DNA from: Curvularia clavata
Lineage: Eukaryota
NCBI GenBank assembly: GCA_023920165.1
Contig: CP089275.1
Span: 1,364,001 to 1,428,000 of the forward strand
Direction of reading: 5' to 3'
Length of the DNA: 64,000 bases
Positions 26,001-36,880 of the stretch are shown in pieces. The translations under genes were made by a program, and so were the position numbers. The notes beneath the pieces are model-generated. The model did not search any database. It saw only the letters and a list, made by a program, of their open reading frames with translations, and was not told the DNA's origin. Position 1 is the stretch's first letter. The number at the start of each line of letters is the position of its first letter.

Positions 26001-27836
26001 AGAGATGTATTCTCAAATCAAACAAGCTATCGAATGTTATGTTGTAGTATGTCCTCACACCTGTTTTCTCTTTAGGTTCAGATTAATATAGCTATGCTGT
26101 TCCCGATCACTCTCTGCTCTTCAATCGTATCAGTGATGCAATAGTCAACTCATATCTACCTAAGCTCTGGTGTATTCAATCTCGTGCCTACTTTTCCTCA
26201 TCTCCTACCAGACAGCGATAATTAAAACAACATGAGACTTCTATCTATGGTTGAAAGCAACTCTGTGCAGCAAGGGATTCTTCCTTATTCAATCTTGTGA
26301 AGAATCACACGGTAAGTAGACATGGCAGCCGTCACAGTATAAAGCTGTTCAACATGTGTGTCTTTATATCTAAAATATTAGGGTATTTTAGATATATCGG
26401 ACGTGCGAGCTGTAGGGTTCCACGAGCTTAACAGAGTATCATGTCGTCTTGTGGAGACTTGTTTGAAAAAAAAAGCTTTTTTGCTTACTCGGACACCATT
26501 TGTAGGGTTTTCTCGTATTTTGAGATAAATGGAGCTGTTTCTCACAGAGCAATTCAGAATAAAGCAGCGCTTCAGACTGAGAAAGAGGGAGTAGAGACAG
26601 TTTCAGAGAAGGTCGAAACACATTCTGGCATGGAAAAGAATAATGTACTATATACCTAATGATATAAACCCACAATATGGTGTCTACTCAACATCACTAC
26701 TGATATCATGTTGATTTATGCTCCCTATTAGATTGTAGACTTAACAAACTCACGCTCTTGTATATCTGGCCTCTCTTCTTGTAGAATCCATGTCAAGCAC
26801 TTTCCTACATCAATGTAGTTCTGATCTATTCGTCTTCCTTTGTCTTCTGAACATACTCCGCGTACACCTCTACAAAAAGCGCACTTTAGAGACACTTGCA
26901 CTAGCCCCTGAAGTCTCTCCTGCATCTCCTAAAATCATAGCAGCGAATCAAGCTCTTCTTCTTGTCTACCACGTCCAGACTTTCTGACAACCAGTCTTAT
27001 GATTCAACTGACGGACACTTTAACAACCAGTTCAACTCGCAGTCGTTCTGTTATCGCAGTCTTATGCGACCAATGAACAGAATCTTTGAATCTCAAATTA
27101 ATCAAATTAATTATTGGCAAGTCGCGACTATACACAGAAGACAATGACTCCCTGTACATCAAAGTCATCATATCCGCAGACCGTATTTACATGCGAAGTC
27201 GAGATTCCAAACAGCCCAAACGACTCGAGCCAGTCTTATAGCAGGGACCTTGTACGATAGACATCAACTCTCTCAACTTTATCTGGCCTGGTGTTATCTA
27301 AAACCTTGGTTTTTCTAGTCACTGCTCGTTCACTATGACTGCTCTTCTTGGGTCAATCTAATTGAGGATTGGCCACCAAGTAGATCTCATGGCAGAATAT
27401 AGTATACGTAGATTCAGCTAGATGATGGGTTGTCTGTGGAGAGTATGATGTGTGATACTTGAGATAGATTCTGATGGAGAGGACGAGGAGAAATGTCGTT
27501 CTGGAGCTGTTATGCGGTTTTTGGAAATTCCACCAATTCGGATCTACATAGATAACTTGGCTGGCTGTTTAGGAGAGAAATAGGTTGTCTGCATCGTTCT
27601 AGCTACGAAGACTGGACGGGTGAGTAGTTTGGTGTTTCTCAAGTCATTTGTGCTCGAGAAACTTAGTGCTCTTCTCGAAAAGATTTACCTAGTGGACAAG
27701 AACCAAGATGAAGTATCAACTTTCTTCCTCTTGCTACAATGACTCTAGTTCCCCCAAAACTCAACTTCCCCACTCTTCCTCTAGCAACTCTAATTTTCCA
27801 ACCCATCAACCAAACCGCTCTCTTCTCTCCCACCCC

Positions 27837-28490
27837 CTACAATTCCCTCTTATGCACGACCTCCTTTCCACCTCCCTTCCCTACCAACTCCACCCCCACC
27901 TCTGGCTTCTTGACTAACGTCTGCAAAACAACACAATACCTCTCCGTCAATTTCCCCAGTTTCTCCAACTCGTCCTCTGTAACCTCGCCACCCCCCTCCC
28001 TCTCCCCCAGCTCAACCTCAAACCTCAATCTAATCCCTTTAATCCCCACGGGCGCCTCCCTATCCACTCCCAAGGTGCCTCTGAAATCCAAATCGCCCTC
28101 TGCCGTGACCGTGCCCCCGATGACCGGAATATTAAGTGCCGTAGCCACAGCTTTGAGCGTTACACCGGAGCAAGCGACGAGAGCGTCAAGTAGCATGTCT
28201 CCTGAGCAGAGTTCACCAGAGATGGCGGGGTCGGTGCCGCCGGCTTTTTGGTGCAGGCCGGCGATGCGGTGGGCTGAGCTGATGCCCGGGGCAGACGAGA
28301 GCTTGCATGTTATGGAGGTGGCGTCGAGGGAGCCGGTGGATTTGAGGGTTACGAGGGCGGACGAGGGGTTGCTGCGGTACGATTCTTTGATCGGGGCTGT
28401 GTTTTTGAGAAGTAATTAGTGGTTAGAAGAGAAGAATAGAGGGGTTTATTGCGTGCCTTGCTTTTCGCGAAGGGCTTGCGCGGCGGACAT
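27837..28490 (-). CDS. OsmC/Ohr-family protein
   Basis: Spliced MSAAQALREKQ|APIKESYRSNPSSALVTL...GELCSGDMLLDALVACSGVTLKAVATAL...TERYCVVLQTL. Requires a GC-AG intron 28456-28397. Confidence 0.88.
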
Positions 28491-28706
28491 GGTTGTGGCT
28501 GTGGTTTAGGTCGTTACCAATGACTTTTGGACAGGAAACCGATCAAAGAGATGGTAAGCTGTGACAGTTTAGATTTCTCTACATAGCGGATCTCATTTAA
28601 ATTATATCTATTTGAGCTTTTGATGCGGGCCGGATAATAGCAGACGTGGAGGCTGCCCCGCATATGGCAGGTCCCGAGGTTCTACTGCTGTTGGTTCGCG
28701 AGCTCC

Positions 28707-28731
28707 ATCACGTGACATTGTATCACGTGAT
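28707..28731. promoter_or_regulatory. Paired E-boxes ATCACGTGA(C/T), candidate bHLH sites
   Basis: ATCACGTGAC at 28707-28716 and ATCACGTGAT at 28722-28731, about 220 bp upstream of the OsmC-like ATG. Confidence 0.4.
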
Positions 28732-29035
28732 GTATGACCACGTAGCTTATAGATAAACAATAACGGCGTGCTCTATGTCATATAAGTACAAACTAATAAT
28801 GTATTTAGTAAGAATATTACTAAGGAGTAGCAAGTAGACTACTCAAACAGCTTCTCAGCTCGAGGGTGACAGTTGCGCCAAGAGGGGTTGCCCGAGAGCG
28901 CCGAGATTAGCGTCAGACATTACTTTTGGAAGGCACCTCCGCATACTTTCCTCGTATTATTATCAATAATAGACTGCAGCTAAGTCCGCTCAGCAGGCTA
29001 TTCAAACTGCCTATGTCTGATACAAGTTAACCAGC

Positions 29036-30520
29036 TCACCAAACTCCGGGTATCAGGCGCCAGCGGACACGACGGCAGTACTCTTGCCAGTACTTGCCAT
29101 ACTTATCGTGGCATCGCCTCTCGTCTCGCAAGCAGCGGTGTATAAGTAAACCCAGCATAAAAAAACCATAGAACCATACCAGCGGCCTCGTAGTACCAAC
29201 TAGTGCGCACATAGCAAAGCTCATAAGGAGATCGCCTACATAATTTGCGTGTCGCGACCACCCCCACCATCCGCTATAAAGCAAGATGCTCTCGTGCACT
29301 TTTCCATCTGTTGTCTTGTATCTAGCCCGGATGTATCGCGGGGGCTGTCCGAAAATAACACAGTTCCCGTTGCTGGTGCGGACTCGATCCTTTTGGTTGT
29401 TCGCGACGCGGAACATTATATATCCAGCCAGGCCCAGCCCAAAAACAATTAGGAGATAGATTCTGGATACTACGGTTGGGAAGTGGCCTAGATACTGCGC
29501 CTGGAGCGTGTAAGTAGCTGGGATCCAGACAATGGACCCCCAAGCCAGATAGAAACCAAAGTGGTCATGGGCGATGTCAATTGTCCGTAGGTACCAATTC
29601 TCGTGAACGAAAAAATCTACTACATAGATTCCATGCAGTATTGTGACAAGGACAAGCGAGGGCGTGATGACATGGTATGTTTGATACTGGTAGGCAATGT
29701 TGGATATGTCGCTATGGTCAGAGTCAGTCAGTCCTCCGTCACCATCCGTAGGTAGATATTGATAACAAACTTACATAACAGTCCAAGAAATCATGCCCAA
29801 TCTGCCTACCGTGAAAAGCTTTATATCGAAGTCATTTCCAATCCTGGGGTTGTGTTCAATGCCCATGTAGAAGTCATACAAGAGAGAACCTAGTTACACA
29901 GTTAACATCACCAGCTAGCTAATCGTGTTGGTTTGTCAAGGTTACTACTTACCGCTAAATTTTCGATCTCGAATATGTGAGGGGACAAGGTGGCCCTTGA
30001 TAAAGGCAAAACCAGACACCAAGAAGCCGAAAACGTTGGCCACGTGCCACAAATTAATCCAGTTCTTCGGGACAAAGCCAGGGTCCACAACTCCCAGTAA
30101 GCAAAGGATGCCAAGAGTGGCATGTGTGACGAACCATGCATAGAGACCATTGGTTCTGTATGAGAGTATGTTACCACCCGCAGTCGGTTGCCCTGAGCTC
30201 TTCTTTCCAGGAAGGCCCCAGAAAAGAAGCGCCTGAAGAAGCACCCAGAAAGTATACCCAGCTAGAGCATGCCAGCTAGAGCGAAAGTAATAAGCTGGAA
30301 GGGTCGAGGAGAGATTTCCAGAATATGCAGCATAGACAAACTCCGCGACTGAGCCCTGGAATTCAATGATGATGATGCTGAATAGAATTCCTAGAAGAGG
30401 CGTCGCACAGACCAGGAACGCGGAGAGGACAGAATAGCCCAATGATCCTCGATTGCAGGCTCGACCCCAGATAGCTGACTTCTGCGGTTCATTTGCTACG
30501 TGTACAATACCCGCCAACAT
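29036..30520 (-). CDS. DHCR7: Sterol Delta7-reductase (7-dehydrocholesterol reductase/DWF5-type; ERG4/ERG24 superfamily)
   Basis: Exons 30520-29953, 29889-29775 and 29711-29036. Motifs WGRA, YDFYMGIEHNPRIG, ENWYLRTIDIAHDHFGFYLAWG, FRVANNQKD, SGWWGWSRHANYVGD and HRCLRDERRCHDKYGKYW match my recollection of DHCR7 better than Erg4/Erg24. Start codon uncertain. Confidence 0.88.
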
Positions 30521-30946
30521 TCTGGATTTGGCCTTGGGACTGAATGTTTCACTCTTTCTGACGCAGTCTTGTTGGTAACTTGAGGCCAAGGGATAAAAAC
30601 TAACATTTGAATGGTCGATTGGTCGGTAAGGGCTAGCGGATATGCAGACCGACTGGATTTATAAAGGACTTACGGGTATGTTTCTCAGGTTAGTACTTTG
30701 AAGAAGAGGAATAGCGTCGGGAGAATTGGTTCGGATATTGTGCTTACTTTCTTACGATGGGGCCAAGCCCCAACGGAATCGGATTACGTTAATCTAGCCG
30801 GTATAGACTATAGCGCATGATGATGAAAGCTAGGTCCGCGGCTAGCTCATTTTAGTTATTGATCTTCATGCTGCAAGTGCCTACAAAAGGCCCCATTTAT
30901 ATCAAGCAAACACTGCCATTGGATATCTTGCTCCCTCTTACCCATC

Positions 30947-32190
30947 ATGACAACGCCCGTCTACAATTGCACTCTTTCGATCAGCACTATTCTCTGGCAG
31001 TCCGCTTTTCTACTTATCTACGCATGCGCAATAATTCTGGTTCCACCGAGAAAAAAGGTCTATCGGCGGCTTGGCGTTATTGCTTTAACCTACATCACCT
31101 ACGTCGCACAAACAAGCCTGCTCGAGACTTGTCTCAACCCGCACTGGCGAGGAATCGGGGCCCCCTTACTCTGGATACAGCTCCTCAGCGCAGCCGAGTT
31201 AATCACGATCTCTTCCGTGTCGCCATCTACCTTCCTTGACACTTGCCAAGCCTCGAAGCTCTCCACTGCTGCCGCTATCGTCCAAGGAATACTGTTGCTC
31301 TGGAATCTCAGAAGAATTGGGACCCCATGGGCAGCCAAAAATGTGCCCTCAAGGCCCCAGCAAAACCTTATTCAATTTATCGCCGACAGATTACTTCGGC
31401 TGTCTTTTGCCTATGTCCTATTGGATCTCTGTGTATCTGCCCCTGGTCCAAGTCAGCATCTATTGAAAGTACCAAAACAGACGTTGTGGAGACTGTGGAG
31501 CCTTTCAATTGAAGACGCCGTATTCCGAATAGTCGGCTCGATATCTTTCTGGATTACCGTAGCTCTTTTGCTATATTGTCTACACGGCACGGCAAATACC
31601 ATTGGCGTCATCTTGAATCTATGGCAACCCGGCGACTGCGCCCCTCTATTCGGGTCTTTTTGTGAAGCTTACAGCCTTCGTAAGTTTTGGGGGTAAGTCA
31701 AAGCCAATAAAACATATCACGCTAGCTAACATAAGGGAAACCTTGCAGCGTGGTCTGGCACCAGTGTCTCCGCCAAAGCCTTTGCGGATTTGCAGATGCA
31801 TTTACGCATTCATTGCTCCGTATACCACCGGGCACTCTGTTCTCACGCTATACACGGCTGATATTGGCTTTTGCTTTGTCGGGAGCAGTTCATTACGCTT
31901 CGGACTTGGCCATGGGCATACCGCTCCAAGAAGCCGGCGGACATAAATTCTTCATACTACAGGCCCTACTCATCATGTTTGAAGACTTGATGCAGTATAT
32001 TATAGACCAATTGAATCTTGACGATATTCCACGGGCTTGTTTCAAGCTTGTTGGATTCCTATGGGTTATATGCGCTCTGGCCTGGTCCACGCCAACCTGG
32101 TTTTATCCAATGCAGCGTTTAGGAGGAGACCCTTCTGCTCTATTGCCTTTCAGAGTTATGGTTTGGATCAGTGAATGGACCCGGGTGTGA
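30947..32190 (+). CDS. Membrane-bound O-acyltransferase (wax synthase-like MBOAT_2; Tri7/Pyr8-type)
   Basis: Multi-TM protein with PLFGSFCEAYSLRKFWG|VVWHQCLR and AFALSGAVH (catalytic His region). Intron 31693-31748. Confidence 0.88.
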
Positions 32191-32895
32191 AGCGGTTATT
32201 TTAATATGGAAGGTTTTTCAGTGCCTTTCCTATAGCGATAGAGGCCGTAGGGACCGAAGGAGAATATGTTACTGCTCCAGCCCCCTATAGTAGAACAATA
32301 CTTAGGGGTAGCTATCTACGGTTGTGTATAAATTGTCTTGTGTGGTTCTACGGTAAGATGGTCACGTAGTCAGAGTCCTCTTTAGTAATAACTCTCTTTA
32401 CGTATGGTAGTTGTAGATAGGTTATCAATCTTATTCTTCGTAATTTAGTTAGTATTTATAATAGGCTAGACGCCTTTTGGTGAGCTCTTCGATGTTATTT
32501 CGGTGCGCGGTCAAATAGTCCGGAAATAGGCCATAGCACCCGAATTCTGCCTATCTAAACCGCATTCAGAGGCAGCGGTCAGACATAACGCTCAGATCAA
32601 CGGGAGAGCATGTTTATCTGATCTGTAAACAAATTTACGCTCCTGAGAAGATGGCTACTAGCTCTCTATCGCACACAATCTGGGTTACACCCAACATTGC
32701 TGTTGGCATAACACTCTCTTGAGTACAGCCCCTTACTATATTTCCTATTAGCTAGTGTAATTCAGTGCTAGTCTACGAAGTGATTATATGAGAAAGCAAT
32801 AGTCTTCTTTTTTTTTGTTCGTAACACGCTAGCCTTAGCCCTAGTAGATTTATTAATCATAGAAGTAATCTCTGACTCTTGCAATAGCCCATGAA

Positions 32896-34563
32896 TTAGT
32901 CAACGAATTCCCAAGATACCCGGTCCCAACCGCACCGCCTTCGTATCTTGATACCAACTGGATCCTCATGAGCTGCCGGTTCGCCGACTGCAGAGCCGAG
33001 CATGGGTGCGCTCATGATGGGTATTCTAATCGCCATGTTCGGGCCGTCAGCACTACGCATATCGTAGCCAAGACAGAGAATCAGAATTAGCCCCAGAATC
33101 TCGGACTGGGCAAGATGCCGACCGGGGCAGATATGCCGACCGGAACCGAACGGGATAAATGCAGAACGCTGAGAGCTCGTCGCAGTGTCAGGCCATCCAA
33201 TGAACCTTTCTGGTCGAAATTCTGAGGCATCGGGTCCCCAGACCTCTTCCAGGCGGTGTGTGACCCCCGCAGGCATCATGACTTGCGATTCAGCCTCGAT
33301 CAAATGCTGAGCTCCGCCATGGCGGCCTCGGTTCAGAACCACATCCTCTGAAACCAATCTTGTCAACAGCGCCTGCCCGTTCAGTCGACATGTCTCGCGA
33401 TAGCACGCCATCAGCAGCGGGCATTTTCGCCCTATCTGACTGGCACTAATAGTAACTCGCCTGGAGTCGGTTGGAGATTCCTGGGACGACACTTCTGCTA
33501 ATGCCATGCACTCGTTGCGGATCGCTTCCACGAGGTCCAGGCGTGAGAATACGTGGATAACAGTCCAGAATAACAGTGGTATCGTGTTCACAGTTGCCAC
33601 ATGCAACATGGCTACTTCGCATCTGGCAATATCTCTCGCACCCGTGTTTCCATAATCGCGGTGCACTCGAGCTCTTATACGCGATATATCCTCAATTGTA
33701 TCCTGCATTGAGACTTCAAACAGTGGAGTCAGAGCTGAAACGAGTCTCTCCCGAGCTTTGTAGGCTTTGAATGCGGTTATACGTGGAAGAATATTGACCA
33801 GTAGTCTTTGGGATCCGTTCTTGAACGACCTGGAATAGTTATTGACACTATCCGATTCAGTGACAAGGTAACATTCTTCTTACCATAGATCATCTATAAG
33901 CTTCCGATCACGACTCAGTGGACTTGGCGAACCATAGAGTGCTCTGCCCGTAGCAATTGTTAGAGCGATACCAAGCCATCTGTACAGGTCAGAGATCTCC
34001 AGCTCTTCAGCTTGTGGTATCTCATCATCTAGATGCTCAACAAGCGCCCCAAGGGCGACAGAGTTGAGACGAGCCAGAGGTTTCCCAGTGAGCGCTGGTC
34101 TGGTTTCATGCATTAAGCCACTGAGCATTCCAGAGTGTATAGCCTGCATAACACTAGGACTGAGTCCTAGAAGAGGTCGGGCTAGAGGAATCAGTAACGG
34201 CTCGAATGACATGGCACGAGATGAGAGTGCCTTTTGCATCAGCTTAAGGTCGAATATAACATGAATGTTGCCCATGAGCATTGGAAGGGCGGCGATATCG
34301 ACGGGATCCTTCTCACTAGACCTTGTTAGTAACCTAGGGGCGTAGTGGGTGTGTCTGCTGTCTGTTTGTCCATACTAGAGGTGGTGAAAATATTCGATCT
34401 GTTGAGTCGCCATGCCTATAATGTGGCCGATGAAAGGTATCGAGGGTTTCAGTACCGTACGATCATGATGCGGCTTTCGATTCTTCCCAAAATAATAGAA
34501 TAATAGGGGAGCTGTCAAGAAGAGGACAGCATATACGAGTTGCCTCCAGATTGATTGAGACAT
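32896..34563 (-). CDS. Cytochrome P450, CYP7/CYP8-like (I-helix xNT type)
   Basis: Exons 34563-34376, 34315-33884 and 33829-32896. N-terminal TM, PFIGH, I-helix ATVNTIPLLFW, ExxR (ETCR), FRPERF, heme FGSGRHICPG. Confidence 0.92.
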
Positions 34564-34851
34564 ATTTTCATCGAGCCAAGATATTGGAGAACAGGATGAA
34601 CTAGAGTTGGGCTGAAATGCGATAGATGTCAAATGAGGAGAAACTATGTATGCGTAGATAATCTCGTGTTACCAGCCTCTCTCCACTATTAACTAGGAAT
34701 CGGTCGTCTTTGTGCAGCACAGGGCCGCATTTCTCACTTTCTGACCCTTGTAGCCTGTACGGCGTCTTTCGACACCAAGCGCGGTATAAATGCCGCCTGC
34801 TCCATAAATTCAGAGAATAGCTGACTCATGTAGGAAAGCTGCGGTGTATTA

Positions 34852-34978
34852 GGGCGTGTTTGGTAGCTCCGGTTGCAGATTACGCACTAGACAAGGTCTC
34901 AATATTGCGCGTCAGCGCTAATAAGCTCAATTCCAAGTTATAGCGCTGTAACTGCAACTGGAGCTGTCAAATAGGCCC
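34852..34978. mobile_element. Tourist-like (PIF/Harbinger) MITE, 127 bp
   Basis: Imperfect TIRs: GGGCGTGTTTGGTAGCTCCGGTTGCAG versus reverse complement of the right end, GGGCCTATTTGACAGCTCCAGTTGCAG. TTA flanks both sides (34849-34851 and 34979-34981). Confidence 0.8.
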
Positions 34979-35215
34979 TTACTAAGTCATTGAACTTCGG
35001 GTCCATATTCATCCGACCTTCATAATGACTTTACAGCCTGCTTCTGTCCATCTGCCAGCAGCTCTAATAATTGTGTACTGCTATTCCATCTCGCCTAACT
35101 GCTCATTCGGGATATATATTGGGCAGGCAGACGACTGATTCGGCGATTTCGTTCTCCTTCAAGTTTGATCCCCCTTATTGCTCATTTCTTTGATCCAGCC
35201 GAGTTCTAATTCATA

Positions 35216-36880
35216 ATGAATCTATCAATTTGCTATGATTCATTATACCGTATTGCTGCTGGCGGAGTGTTCATCGCTCTTTGCTTCGGTATCTTGCGCA
35301 TCCTTGAGTACATAGTTTGCAACACCTGTGGAGAAGAGCCCCAACCTGTATACAGCCGCATTCCATTCCTTGGACATGCACTGGGCCTGGTGAGGCATGG
35401 CGTCTCCTTCTACGAAAGACTACAGTGAGTTGTGTCATTCAAATTATACTGTGCCACAGGTCATGCATTACAGCAGTCGGCTAACTTAATCATGAACAGA
35501 GTGTCATCAGGATTGCCAATTGCTACTGTGTTTCTTGGTCTTCAGAAGGTTTACATTATAAATTCCCCAGAGCTTGTCTCTCATGTCAATCGTGCGCCCA
35601 AGGCTATGAACACGGCATTACCATTCCTTGTCGTTGTTTGCGGAAAGCTGTGTGGCATGGAACAAGACGACCTAGAAACTCTGATGAAAAACCCAACCGT
35701 TCGAGGCTCGCCCTGGCGAGACATTCAGGAGTGTATCCATGCTCACTTGGATGCTGGATCTTCGTCCGGAAAGGAGATTACATCCCGAGTTGCCAATGAG
35801 TTATGGAAAGGTATTGATGAGTGTAGTCAGAGGAAGGGGACGGCGAATCTTTTGAAATGGCTACAAGGGATATTCGCCCACTCGACAGGGCATGCTGTGT
35901 TCGGCCCAACACATTGCCTTGCTCAAGATCCAGCGATCATTGACTCACTATGGTATGTTGTCGCGTGTCAATAGCCGATCCAACAATTATCAATATTCTA
36001 ACCTTCCAGGATAATGGCAAACGGTCTCAAAAAGCTCACTATGTGGCCATTTCCGTCCTTTTCGGCGCGGACAGCAACACAGGCCCGTGAAAAGGTCGCG
36101 TGCGCTTTAGAGGCATATTTCCGTAACAACGACTTACCTCTGACTAGTCATTCAGAGATCGTCAAGAGTCTTATGCAGTGCATACACAAACACAGCATGG
36201 GTACTAAGTTCGCTGCCAGATTTTTCCTAGGCTTGATCTCTGGATTCGTTATCAACACAGTGCCTGCTGCCTTTTGGCTGATAGGACACATCTCAGAGGA
36301 CGAGCAACTGAAAGCCATGATCAGAGAGGAACTCAACCAAGTGGTCACTTCGGATACTTGCGGCAATCTGACTATCTCTCCCGAAGCTGTAAGAGGTCGA
36401 TGCCCTTACCTGATGTCCACATGCCATGAGGTCTTGCGACTAATCAGCTCTTCAACGAGCACTTTCTTCATCCATCAAGATACCTACCTCAACAACAGAT
36501 ACCTTTTGAAGAAAGGAGCAATCTTACAAGTGGCATCTACAGCAATTCACTCCAATACTGATATTTGGGGCCCGGCAGCGCAAGCCTTCAAACCAGATCG
36601 CTTCGTCAAGCCGCAAAAGGTTCACCCCTCAGCCAACCGCACCTTTGGCGGAGGTATCACTCTCTGCCCCGGCAGACAGCTCGCGATGAACGAGTTGATA
36701 CTAACAGTCGCCATGATATTCCATACTTTTGATGTTGAATTCTCGCCAGAGACACCACGACTACCGGCACCGATGGTTACTGACATGCTGTCCGTGAAGA
36801 AGCCTGTGACAGACCTCAAGATCAGAATGTTACGCAGGCCTGGAATGGAACATGTTTCGTGGGTATTTCGCGAACCATAA
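35216..36880 (+). CDS. Cytochrome P450, CYP7/CYP8-like (paralog of 32896-34563)
   Basis: Exons 35216-35424, 35500-35952 and 36010-36880. PFLGH, I-helix FVINTVPAAFW, ExxR (EVLR), FKPDRF, heme FGGGITLCPG. Confidence 0.92.

Noticed and set aside
27739..28419. 226-aa plus-strand ORF
   Set aside because: Antisense to the OsmC-like gene, which carries the recognisable motifs.
29036..30520. Housekeeping ERG4/ERG24 assignment for the sterol reductase
   Set aside because: Diagnostic segments resemble DHCR7, and the gene sits in an accessory P450 cluster. Phylogeny is still needed.
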